Shown here: piece after piece, positions 1 through 8,452 of the stretch | How positions within the stretch are numbered: the first letter of the stretch is position 1 | How the letters are laid out: the number at the start of each line of letters is the position of its first letter | DNA from: Candidatus Eiseniibacteriota bacterium | GTDB taxonomy: Bacteria > Eisenbacteria > RBG-16-71-46 | Assembly: GCA_041483195.1 (NCBI GenBank) | Contig: JBGPFC010000006.1 | Span: forward strand, 64,001-128,000 | Direction of reading: 5' to 3' | DNA length: 64,000 nucleotides | Position numbers and translations under genes: made by a program | Notes under the pieces: model-generated | What the model was told of the DNA's origin: nothing | Databases searched by the model: none | Seen by the model: only the letters and a program-made list of their open reading frames with translations

Positions 1-642
1 GGCATCCGTGATGGCGCGACCGAGCACCAGGAGGCTGGAGCCGAGTCGCACCGCCTCCGCGACCGTGGTGACCCGCTGCTGATCGTGCGTCGGCGCGCCG
101 GCCGGACGGATGCCCGGGGTCGCCGCGAAGAATGGCGCCGGATGCACGCGGCGAATCACGGGCAGGTCGGTCGCGGCGCACACGATCCCGGCGGCGCCCG
201 CGCGATCCGCCAGGCCGAGCAACTCGGCCGCGATCGTGTCCACGAACAACGGGCTCGCGAATCCGGGCGGAGCGTTCGAGGCATTCAGGCTGGTGAGCAC
301 CGTGACCGCGAGCACGCGGGTCGCGCCGCCACCCTGTGCGGCGCCCTCGACCGCCGCGCGCACCATCTCGAGCCCGCCCATCGCGTGCACGGTGAGCAGA
401 TCGGCGCCGAGCTTCGAGACTTCGGCGGCCGCGCCGCGCACCGTGTTGGGAATGTCGTGGAGCTTGAGGTCGAGGAACACCGCGCGCCCGCGCGCCTGCA
501 GCGCGCGCACCGCCTCGGGACCGGCCGACGCGAAGAGCCGGAGTCCGACCTTCGCGAGCTCGGGTCCCGGGCCGATGCGCGCATCCAACTCGAGCGCCCG
601 CTCCAGGCTCTCGACGTCGAAGGCGATCGCGATCGCGCTCAT
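1..642 (-). CDS. pyrF: Orotidine-5'-phosphate decarboxylase (3' end runs off window)
   Basis: Not in ORF track. Manual translation from ATG 642: MSAIAIAFDVESLERALEL...KVGL...FLDLKLHDIPNTV...LTVHA...TPGIR...DQQRV...VLGRAIT. Start overlaps the pyrD stop (ATGA). Confidence 0.95.
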   Translation of the reverse strand, partial: MSAIAIAFDVESLERALELDARIGPGPELAKVGLRLFASAGPEAVRALQARGRAVFLDLKLHDIPNTVRGAAAEVSKLGADLLTVHAMGGLEMVRAAVEGAAQGGGATRVLAVTVLTSLNASNAPPGFASPLFVDTIAAELLGLADRAGAAGIVCAATDLPVIRRVHPAPFFAATPGIRPAGAPTHDQQRVTTVAEAVRLGSSLLVLGRAITDA

Positions 643-1658
643 CGCGCGGAGCTCACCCGAGCCACGACGCCGCGGCGGGCCGCCGCCGGCCTCGCCGGCC
701 GGGGTGAGGCGCGCCGGCGAACGGGCGGCGCATCCGCCCTCAGCGCGCCGCGCCACTCGCCGAGTCGCTTCACGCCGCGCGCGATCAGCAGCGCCGTCAT
801 CTCGTCGAGCACGTCGAGCGCGGCGCGCGAACGGAGGAACGACGCGGTGCCCACCTGAATCGCGGCGGCGCCCACGGCGATGAACTCGAGCGCATCGCGC
901 CCGCTCGATATCCCGCCGGACCCGATCACGGGAATCCCCACCGCCGCCGCCGCCTCCGCGCAGCGCGCGAGGGCCAGCGGCTTGATGGCGGGCCCCGAGA
1001 GTCCGCCGGTCGCGCGGCCGAGACGGGAGCGCATCCGCGCGAGATCCACCGCCATCCCGACGAACGTGTTCACGGCGGTGATCGCGTCCGCCCCGCCCTG
1101 CTCGCACGCGATCGCCAGATCGCCGATCGAGGTCACGTCGGGTGAGAGCTTCGCGATCAGCGCCGCGCGCGTGAGCGGGCGCAGCCGCGCGAGCGTGCGC
1201 TCGAGGCGCCGGGGCATGGCCCAGTAGCGCGCGCCGCCGCGCGCCACGTTCGGGCACGAAAAATTGATCTCGAAGCCCGCGATCGATGGCTCGGCGCCGA
1301 GCGCCTCGAGGATGCGCTCCAGCTCGCGCGGCGTCTCGCCGCCGATCGAAGCAACGATGGTGGCGCGCAACGCCGCGAGTCGCGGAACTTTCTCCAGGCG
1401 GAAGCGCTCGAGGCCGACGTTCTCGAGCCCGATCGAATTGAGCATGCCCCCCGCGGTCTCTGCGATGCGCTGCGGCGGATTGCCGGCGCGGGGCTTCAGC
1501 GTCACGGTCTTGGTCACGACGCCACCGAGCCGCGCGGGATCGACGAGGTGCGCGGCCTCGTCGCCGTAGCCGAACGTGCCGGAGGCGGTGAGCACCGGAT
1601 TCGCGAGCCGGAGCGGACCGATCCGCACCGTGAGATCGATGGCGGCGCGCGCCCTCAT
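639..1658 (-). CDS. pyrD: Dihydroorotate dehydrogenase B, catalytic subunit (class 1B)
   Basis: LANPVLTASGTFGYG, KTVT, NSIGLEN, EINFSCPNV, GGLSGPAIKP motifs. ATG 1658 overlaps the pyrK stop. Confidence 0.95.
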   Translation of the reverse strand: MRARAAIDLTVRIGPLRLANPVLTASGTFGYGDEAAHLVDPARLGGVVTKTVTLKPRAGNPPQRIAETAGGMLNSIGLENVGLERFRLEKVPRLAALRATIVASIGGETPRELERILEALGAEPSIAGFEINFSCPNVARGGARYWAMPRRLERTLARLRPLTRAALIAKLSPDVTSIGDLAIACEQGGADAITAVNTFVGMAVDLARMRSRLGRATGGLSGPAIKPLALARCAEAAAAVGIPVIGSGGISSGRDALEFIAVGAAAIQVGTASFLRSRAALDVLDEMTALLIARGVKRLGEWRGALRADAPPVRRRASPRPARPAAARRGVVARVSSAR

Positions 1659-2527
1659 TCGATGCGCTCCCAGTCGAGCTCCCCCGCCTCGAACACCGGG
1701 CCCTCGGTGCAGCACATCGCGTACTCGCGGTTGCCGTAGAGCGAGGCGGTGCCCGAGCTGAACGCGGCGCGCGCACGTGCGCTGCGCGGCAGCGGGCAGC
1801 CCCGGCAGATGCCGGTGCCGCAGCCCATCACCGATTCCATCGCGACGTGGGCCTCGGCGCCGTGCCGCGCGGCCCATACTGAGACCGCGTGCAACATCGC
1901 GTGCGGCCCGCAGGCGTGGAGCACGAGCGGCGGATCGAACCGCGGCGCGAGCCGCTCGAGCAGGTCGACGACGTGGCCCCTGAATCCGCGGCTGCCGTCG
2001 TCGGTGGCGAGATGAAGCCGCCCGCGCGCCCGTGACAGCCTCGCGCGCGCCTCGGCGAGCCCGACCAGCTGGCCGCGGGTGCGCGCTCCGAACAGAAACT
2101 CGCAGCGGCGGCCCTCGTGCGCGAGCGCGTCGGCCGCGAACAGCAGCGGTGCGACGCCGCGGCCGCCCGCGATCAGCACCGGAGTTCCCGGCCGCGCGAG
2201 CGGGAAGCCGCGGCCGAGCGGGCCCAGGGCCGAGACCCTCGCGCCGCGGCCGAGCGCGGAAAGCGCGCGCGTTCCGACGCCCACCGGCGCGTAGAGGAAT
2301 CCGAGCGTGCGCGACGCGCGGCGCGAGCTCACGCCGGCGACGCTCATCGGCCGCGGCAGCAGCACCGGCGAGGGCTCCGGCAACAGCAGCTGCACGAACT
2401 GCCCGGGAGCGGGCGGCGGGAACTGCGCCGGCACCTCGAGGTCGAGCCAGCGGTGGTCGTGACCGTAGTCGGCGTGACGCGCGATCCGCGCCTCGACCTG
2501 CCGCCAGGCGGCGGGACTCGCGATCAT
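1655..2527 (-). CDS. pyrK: Dihydroorotate dehydrogenase electron transfer subunit
   Basis: PGQFVQL, LPRPMSV, GPLGRGF, AGGRGVAP, ACGP, and MGCGTGICRGC...C [2Fe-2S] motif. Adjacent to pyrD. Confidence 0.93.
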   Translation of the reverse strand: MIASPAAWRQVEARIARHADYGHDHRWLDLEVPAQFPPPAPGQFVQLLLPEPSPVLLPRPMSVAGVSSRRASRTLGFLYAPVGVGTRALSALGRGARVSALGPLGRGFPLARPGTPVLIAGGRGVAPLLFAADALAHEGRRCEFLFGARTRGQLVGLAEARARLSRARGRLHLATDDGSRGFRGHVVDLLERLAPRFDPPLVLHACGPHAMLHAVSVWAARHGAEAHVAMESVMGCGTGICRGCPLPRSARARAAFSSGTASLYGNREYAMCCTEGPVFEAGELDWERIE

Positions 2528-4305
2528 CGCGGCCGGCGGGTGGTGTCGGGCGGCGCGATCGCGTGACGCGTCGTGTCGCCCGGCGCGGGCCGGTGAGGCG
2601 TCGTGTCGGGCGGCGCGATCGCGTGACGCGTCGTGTCGGGGAACGCCCCGGCGCGTGCGCTGTCGATCGGAGCGGTGATCGGGTTCGCGCCCGCCTGCGA
2701 ACTGCCCGGCGGCGGGAACATCCCGGAGGGACGCCCCGGACCCAGATGAAGCGAATCGGACGGCGGCGCCAGCAGCCCGCGGGGTTGCGGCCCGAGCAAC
2801 TGAGGGACGGCCCGCGGCGGCGCCACGACGCGCGCCGTATCGGCGGGCACAATCTTCGGAGGCGGAAGCTTGATGAGCGAGTCGGGCACGGTGCGTCCTG
2901 CCTGTTCGAGGTAATCGCGCGCCGCGAGTTGCTCCTCGGTCGCGGGATACTGCCGCACCACCGTCCAGAACAGGCTCTCGGCCGCCGCGGGCTGGGCGAG
3001 CTTGCGGCTCAGGAGCCAGCCCTGCGCGTTGATCGCCTTGGCCGCCCAGGGGGTGCCCTTGAACGTGTCGGCGATCTTTCGGTACTGGTCGAGCGCGCGT
3101 TCCGGCTTGTTCAACTGGAACAGGTAGAGCTCCGCGAGCAGGAAGCCCGCCTCCGCGCGCTTCTGAAGCGTGTCGCCCTCGGCGTTCCGGTACTGCGCGA
3201 GCCGGTCGAGGTCGGCGAGCCGCTGGCTCGCCTGGGTGAAGAACGGGCCGGAGGCCGCCTGATCCTTCACGCGCCCGTACTCGGCGCGCGCGCGATCGAA
3301 GTCGTCGGCCACGGTCTCGTACACGAAGCCCACGCGATACTGCGCCTCGGCCGCGAGCGGCGAGCGCGGGTAGTCGCCGACCACGCGGCGAAACGCCGCG
3401 AGCGCATCGTCGAGCCGGCCCGCCAGCATGTGCGCGCTCCCCACGCGCAGCGTGAGCCGTCCCCAGTGGTCGGCGCCCGGCCCGGTGGGCGCGACGGCCG
3501 GCCGGCCGCCGGTGGTGTCGGGGGGAATCGGCTCGCTCTCGTGCGAGAGCGCGTCCCGCAGCAGCGTGAGCTCGGCTGGAAACTCGCGCGCGGCCTCGAG
3601 ACAATCCGCTTCGCGCAGCAGGAAGAGCAGGCGCTGCTCGTCGTCGTTCGCGCGCTGCCCCATGACGTGATAGTCGGCGCGCGCGAGATCGTACGCGCCC
3701 CCGGCGAAGCGCGCCTCGGCGCGCGCCGTGCGCGCGCGGTCGATGAGATCGCTCTTCGGAAAATGATCCAGCACCTGCCCCGCCGCGTCCGCGGCCTCGG
3801 ACGGCCGCTCGAGCGACATCAGCGCGCGGGCCCGCTCGAGGTAGGCGTACGGCGCGAGCGCGTGGCGTGGCGCGAGGCGGAGGAACTCGGCGAGCGCGTC
3901 CTCGGCTTCGTTGTAACGATGCGCCTGGCGGTAGCCCACTCCCAGGTAGAACAGCGCATCCGGCTTGATCTGGCTGCGGGGAAACCGCGTCGAGAAATCC
4001 TGCAGCAGGCTGACCGTCTCGAGCGGATCGTCCTTCCCGAGCAGCGCGCGCGCCCACAGGAGATAGGCGTCGTCCACCAGCTTCGATTTCGGATATTGCG
4101 CGATCAGCTTCTTCGAGTAGTCGATCGACTTGTTGTAGTCCCCGGCCGCCGTGGGATTGCCGCCTTCGGTGGGGTAGGGCGCGCCGGCGGTCGCGCGGAA
4201 GTAGTACTTCCGCGCGAGATAGAACGTGTTGTAGTACGCGCACGAACCGAGCAGCGTCATGGCGGCGATCGCAAGAACCGCACGGCGCGCGCGCGGGCCG
4301 TTCAC
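2524..4305 (-). CDS. Tetratricopeptide-repeat outer-membrane lipoprotein (BamD/SprE-PorW-like) with Pro/Thr-rich tail
   Basis: Lipobox LLGS-C followed by AYYNTFYLA; multiple TPR-like helix pairs. GTG start at 4305 is inferred. Confidence 0.8.
   Translation of the reverse strand: MNGPRARRAVLAIAAMTLLGSCAYYNTFYLARKYYFRATAGAPYPTEGGNPTAAGDYNKSIDYSKKLIAQYPKSKLVDDAYLLWARALLGKDDPLETVSLLQDFSTRFPRSQIKPDALFYLGVGYRQAHRYNEAEDALAEFLRLAPRHALAPYAYLERARALMSLERPSEAADAAGQVLDHFPKSDLIDRARTARAEARFAGGAYDLARADYHVMGQRANDDEQRLLFLLREADCLEAAREFPAELTLLRDALSHESEPIPPDTTGGRPAVAPTGPGADHWGRLTLRVGSAHMLAGRLDDALAAFRRVVGDYPRSPLAAEAQYRVGFVYETVADDFDRARAEYGRVKDQAASGPFFTQASQRLADLDRLAQYRNAEGDTLQKRAEAGFLLAELYLFQLNKPERALDQYRKIADTFKGTPWAAKAINAQGWLLSRKLAQPAAAESLFWTVVRQYPATEEQLAARDYLEQAGRTVPDSLIKLPPPKIVPADTARVVAPPRAVPQLLGPQPRGLLAPPSDSLHLGPGRPSGMFPPPGSSQAGANPITAPIDSARAGAFPDTTRHAIAPPDTTPHRPAPGDTTRHAIAPPDTTRRPR
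2543..2638. repeat. 36-bp perfect direct repeat (2543-2578, 2603-2638), 60-bp period, encoding DTTRHAIAPPDT twice
   Basis: gtgtcgggcggcgcgatcgcgtgacgcgtcgtgtcg occurs twice. Confidence 0.9.
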
Positions 4306-4519
4306 GCGCACTCGGGAAACCCCACGCGCGGCGCGAGCGGCGCCGGCGCGATGCGCCGCTTCACCATGAGATCGACCACGTCGGCACGCCCCTCGGAAGA
4401 CTCGAACAGCGCTTCGCGGGGCAGGCCGTGAAACCGCAGGAGCCGCGCGGGATCGCGCGTCCTCCCCGCGAAATCGCAGGGAGGGTAGCACGGGGTTCTC
4501 GGCGCTGACGAACGCCGCC

Positions 4520-5839
4520 TCAGCGCGCCGCCACCACCGCGCCTCGCTGTCCGGCGCCCGCCCCCTCCACCTCGAGCGCGGGATCCAGGTGTGTGATCTC
4601 TCCGTCGCACACGGTCGCGAGCACGCGGCCATCGAGCGTCCACCCGGCGAAGGGCGTGCAGCGCCCCTTCGAATGGAACGCCGAGGGGTCCACGTTCCAG
4701 CGCGCCTCGGAATCGATCAGCACCAGATCGGCCGGATCGCCGGCCTCGAGCGCGACCTTCGGAAGGCCGAAGAGCCGGCGCGGCGCGTCGGTCCACAACT
4801 CGAGCGCGCGCGCTAGCGACAGGTGCCCGGGCCGCACCAGGAACGTGATCGTGAGCGCGAGCGCGGTCTCGAGGCCGACGATGCCGAATGGCGCCTGGTC
4901 GAACGGCTGGCGCTTCTCCTCATGGGTATGCGGCGCGTGATCGGTGGTGAAGCAATCGATCACGCCTTCGCGGATCGCGCCGATCACGGCCACGCGGTCC
5001 CTCTCGGAGCGCAGCGGCGGGTTCATCTTGGCCGCGGTGTCGTAGTCGCCCACCGCCTCGTCCGTCAGGGTCCAGTAGTGCGGGCAGGTCTCGCCGCTCA
5101 CCGCGAGCGCGCGCGATTTCGCATCGCGCAGCGCGTCGAGCGAGCCGGCGCACGAGAGGTGGGCGAAGTGCACGCGCCCTCCCGTGAGCGCGGCGAGATC
5201 GGCGTCGCGTCGCACCATGACGCTTTCCGCGGCGCCCGGGAAGCCCCGCAGGCCGAGCCGGGTCGCAGTCGCGCCCTCGTTCATGACGCCTTCGCCGCGG
5301 AGGGTCAGGTCTTCCTCGTGACACACGATCGGCAGCCCGGCGTGTCGCGCGTATTCGAGCGCGCGCCGCATCACCGCGGCGCTCACGATCGGCCGGCCGT
5401 CGTCCGACAACGCGACCGCCCCCGCGCCCTTCAGCGCCAGAAACTCGTTGAGCTGTTCACCCCTCTGTCCGGCCGTCACCGCCGCGATCGGCAGCACCCG
5501 GCAGCTCGCGGCGGCCGCGGCGCGCGCGCGCACCCACTCGACCCATCCGACCGAATCCACGACCGGCGACGTGTTGGGCATGCAGGCGACCGCTGTGAAG
5601 CCGCCGGCCGCCGCCGCCCGCGTGCCGGTCTCGATCGTCTCCTTCGCGCTCTGCCCGGGCTCGCGCAGGTGAACGTGCAGATCCACGAGTCCCGGCGCGA
5701 CCGTCGCCCCGCGAGCGTCGAGGGTCCGCGCCGCTTCGCGCGGCACGGATCCCAGCACCACGCCACGCTCGAATGCCAGCTCGAAGCGCTCGCCCGTCCG
5801 CCAGTGCCGCGCATTTCGGATCACCGTCGCTCCGCTCAT
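4520..5839 (-). CDS. pyrC: Dihydroorotase
   Basis: PGLVDLHVHLREPG, AAAGGFT..CMPNT, KMNPPLR, TDHAPH, PFGIVGLET. ATG overlaps the pyrB stop. Confidence 0.95.
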   Translation of the reverse strand: MSGATVIRNARHWRTGERFELAFERGVVLGSVPREAARTLDARGATVAPGLVDLHVHLREPGQSAKETIETGTRAAAAGGFTAVACMPNTSPVVDSVGWVEWVRARAAAAASCRVLPIAAVTAGQRGEQLNEFLALKGAGAVALSDDGRPIVSAAVMRRALEYARHAGLPIVCHEEDLTLRGEGVMNEGATATRLGLRGFPGAAESVMVRRDADLAALTGGRVHFAHLSCAGSLDALRDAKSRALAVSGETCPHYWTLTDEAVGDYDTAAKMNPPLRSERDRVAVIGAIREGVIDCFTTDHAPHTHEEKRQPFDQAPFGIVGLETALALTITFLVRPGHLSLARALELWTDAPRRLFGLPKVALEAGDPADLVLIDSEARWNVDPSAFHSKGRCTPFAGWTLDGRVLATVCDGEITHLDPALEVEGAGAGQRGAVVAAR

Positions 5840-6831
5840 GACGCCTCCGACATGGCGCGCGCGCATCGCGCGAGAACGGCGCAGCGCACCGCCACGCCGT
5901 TTTCGACCTGATCGAAAATCACAGAGTGCTGGCCGTCGGCCACATCGGGCGCGATCTCGACGCCCCGGTTCATCGGGCCCGGGTGCATCACCACGCCGCC
6001 GGGCGCGAGCAGCGCGACGCGGTCGCGGTGGATGCCCCACACCCGTGCGTACTCGGCGAGCGATGGCAGCAACCCTGATTCCATGCGCTCGCGCTGGAGA
6101 CGGAGCGCCATCACGGCGTCGGCGCCGCGCAGCGCGTCCTCCACCGTTGGCGCCACCGAGCACCCGAGCGATTCGACTTCGGCGGGCAACAGCGTGGCGG
6201 GCCCAGCCAGCACGACCTCGGCACCCAGCGTGACCAGCCCGAAGATCGCGGAGCGCGCGACACGCGAGTGCGCGACGTCGCCAACGATCGCGATGCGCCG
6301 GCCCTCGAAGCGCCCGCCCCACGCCTCGCGGAGGGTCATGAGGTCGAGCAGGCCCTGGGTGGGATGCTCGTGCTCGCCGTCGCCGCCGTTGATGACGCCG
6401 GCCCCGAGGTGGCGCGCGAGAAACGCGGCGGCGCCCGCCGAGCGATGCCGCACCACGACCAGCTCCACGCGCATCGAGGTGATGACGCGGAGCGTGTCGA
6501 GCAGGGTCTCGCCCTTCGACACCGATGAGCCGGCGGTGGTGAACGAGAGGTGAATCGCGCCGAGCCGCTGCTCGGCGAGCTCGAACGAAAACCGCGTGCG
6601 CGTCGAGTCCTCGAAGAACGCGTTGCACACGGCGATGCCGCGCAGCTCGTCGCTGACCCAGCGCGGCGTGCGCAGCAGATCGCGATAGCGGGCGGCCTGA
6701 TCGAGCAGGTCGACGATCTCGTCGCGCGCGAGGCCGTCGAGCCCGAGCAGGTGACGGCGTTGCGGCCCGGCAACAAAAATCCCCGCGCCGTGAGGCGCAG
6801 GGGCCTGACCGATCGTGGCGGTGTGGCTCAT
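5836..6831 (-). CDS. pyrB: Aspartate carbamoyltransferase catalytic subunit
   Basis: [49 protein letters not shown]. Confidence 0.97.
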   Translation of the reverse strand: MSHTATIGQAPAPHGAGIFVAGPQRRHLLGLDGLARDEIVDLLDQAARYRDLLRTPRWVSDELRGIAVCNAFFEDSTRTRFSFELAEQRLGAIHLSFTTAGSSVSKGETLLDTLRVITSMRVELVVVRHRSAGAAAFLARHLGAGVINGGDGEHEHPTQGLLDLMTLREAWGGRFEGRRIAIVGDVAHSRVARSAIFGLVTLGAEVVLAGPATLLPAEVESLGCSVAPTVEDALRGADAVMALRLQRERMESGLLPSLAEYARVWGIHRDRVALLAPGGVVMHPGPMNRGVEIAPDVADGQHSVIFDQVENGVAVRCAVLARCARAMSEAS

Positions 6832-6838
6832 CCATCCC

Positions 6839-6870
6839 CCTTTGCCGCCTCTCGGGGCGGCGCTTAAAGG
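6839..6870 (-). promoter_or_regulatory. PyrR-binding RNA hairpin overlapping the pyrB Shine-Dalgarno
   Basis: RNA CCUUU-AAGC-GCCGCC-CCGAGA-GGCGGC-AAAGG has the CUUUAA element and a CNGNGA hexaloop. The 3' arm runs into AAAGGGGG upstream of the pyrB AUG. Confidence 0.88.
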
Positions 6871-6898
6871 ATTTCGCGGACTTCACGAACTCGGGTGC

Positions 6899-6927
6899 AA
6901 TCTAGCGGAAGCGGCCGACGACGGCAA
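6899..6927 (-). promoter_or_regulatory. Sigma70-type promoter of the pyrB operon
   Basis: TTGCCG (6927-6922) - 17 nt - TAGATT (6904-6899). Confidence 0.7.
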
Positions 6928-6943
6928 GCGGGCCGCCGCCACA

Positions 6944-8428
6944 TGTGGGACGTCAGTGAAAATGACACCCCCTAACGCGTCAGTGATTCTGTCACCCCCA
7001 TGGACCTCATACTCATGGGCAAACGAGACGCCCGGCGGCTGGGTGTGGTGCAGGCCGCAGTTCAAGGGAAGCTCACCAGCCGAGAAGGAGCGGAAGCGTT
7101 GGGTTTGAGCGTGCGGCAGTTCAAGCGGCTGCGGGTGCAGGTGCGACAACGAGGTGCGGCGGGGATCGTGCACGGCAACCGGGGACGACGGTCGCCGCGA
7201 CGGCTGGGTACCGCGCTGCGCGAGCGGGTGGAAGCGATGCTGACCGGGGTGGTGAAGCTCAACGATCATCACATCGCCGATCTGCTCGGCGAGCAGTCGC
7301 ACGCGGTGAGTGCGGCCACCGTGCGACGGGTGCGCTGCAGTCTGAAGCTGGCCCCGAAGCGGCGCCGGCGCCCGCCGCAGCATCGGCGCCGGCGCGAACG
7401 GGTGGCCCGGCGAGGCGCGCTGGTGCTGATCGACGGCAGTCCGTTTCGATGGTTCGACGAGGCGGGGCCGGCCTGCAGTCTGCTCGGGGCGATCGATGAC
7501 GCCACCAGCGAGATCCTGGCGCTGAGCTTCCGTCCGACCGAAGATCTGCACGGCTATGCGGTGCTGCTCCGCGAACTGCTCGACGCCCACGGGGTGCCGG
7601 TGGCGCTGTACGGCGACCGCAGCGGCGTACTGGTGCGTAACGATGCGCACTGGACGCTCGAGGAGGAGCTGGCCGGGCGGCAGACGCCGCCGCAGTTCGG
7701 CCAGATGCTCGAGGAACTGGGCGTGCGCTTCATCGCCGCCACCAGCCCCCAGGCCAAGGGCCGCATCGAACGGCTGTGGGGCACGCTGCAGGATCGACTC
7801 GCCAGCGAGCTGCGCCTGCACCGCCACGACACCGTTGCCGCGGCCACCGGCTACCTGCCGGGCTTCATCCGCCGTCACAACCGGCGGCTCGGGCGCATCC
7901 CGACGAGCACGGAGTCAGCGTTCCGCTCACCTCCGCGCGATCTCGATCGCCTCATCGCCTGTCGCTATCCCCGCGTCGTCGCCCGCGACAACACCGTCAG
8001 CATCCCGGGGCGCTGGGCTCAGGTTCCACCCGGACCCCACCGGCGCTCCTGGCACAAGGCCCGCGTCGAAGTGCGCGAGCTTCTCGACGGTCGCCTGCTG
8101 GTGTTGCACTCCACCCACGGCCTGATCGGCGAGCAGCCGGCGCCCGGCTCCGGGTTCATCCTCGAATCCCGCGCCTCACCGCGATCCCAGCGGGCCCGCG
8201 CCACAAACGGCTTCGCAGGATCGCGCCCTGGCCCCGATCGTCCAGCTTCACGATCCGCACCTCGTCCCAAATCCAAAGGCATCGGTACTCTCACCAACAT
8301 CCGCAGGCCGGGGGCCAACCACCCCTGGGATCGCTACACCGGACCCGAACCTCTGCGCCCCAGGGGCAGAGCAAGGGGGTGACAGAATCACTGACGCATT
8401 AGGGGGACAGAATCACTGACGTGTGACA
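6944..8428 (+). mobile_element. Insertion sequence, IS1202 family-like (ISNCY), 1485 bp
   Basis: TGT...ACA termini. Inverted ends each contain two copies of a CGTCAGTGA(TTCTGTC)-like motif. 16-bp flanking direct repeat GCGGGCCGCCGCCACA at 6928-6943 and 8429-8444. Confidence 0.92.
7000..8382 (+). CDS. DDE transposase (IS1202/ISNCY type)
   Basis: N-terminal HTH (AEALGLSVRQFKRL), IVHGNRGR, LIDGS.F.WF, AIDDATS, LYGDR, SPQAKGRIERLWGTLQDRL, C-terminal HPW. Confidence 0.95.
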   Translation: MDLILMGKRDARRLGVVQAAVQGKLTSREGAEALGLSVRQFKRLRVQVRQRGAAGIVHGNRGRRSPRRLGTALRERVEAMLTGVVKLNDHHIADLLGEQSHAVSAATVRRVRCSLKLAPKRRRRPPQHRRRRERVARRGALVLIDGSPFRWFDEAGPACSLLGAIDDATSEILALSFRPTEDLHGYAVLLRELLDAHGVPVALYGDRSGVLVRNDAHWTLEEELAGRQTPPQFGQMLEELGVRFIAATSPQAKGRIERLWGTLQDRLASELRLHRHDTVAAATGYLPGFIRRHNRRLGRIPTSTESAFRSPPRDLDRLIACRYPRVVARDNTVSIPGRWAQVPPGPHRRSWHKARVEVRELLDGRLLVLHSTHGLIGEQPAPGSGFILESRASPRSQRARATNGFAGSRPGPDRPASRSAPRPKSKGIGTLTNIRRPGANHPWDRYTGPEPLRPRGRARG

Positions 8429-8452
8429 GCGGGCCGCCGCCACACCCCGCCT

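Noticed and set aside
2543..2638. 36-bp repeat with 24-bp spacer as a mini-CRISPR
   Set aside because: Only two copies, in frame within a coding region, and no cas genes.
4302..4367. 21-codon ORF MVKRRIAPAPLAPRVGFPECA whose stop overlaps the TPR gene GTG
   Set aside because: No clear SD or homology; may be chance, and cannot be supported.
639..6886. Apparent long fusion ORFs for pyrD, pyrK and pyrC (737, 862, 788 aa)
   Set aside because: N-terminal extensions overlap upstream genes in another frame. True starts are at the ATGA overlaps (1658, 2527, 5839).
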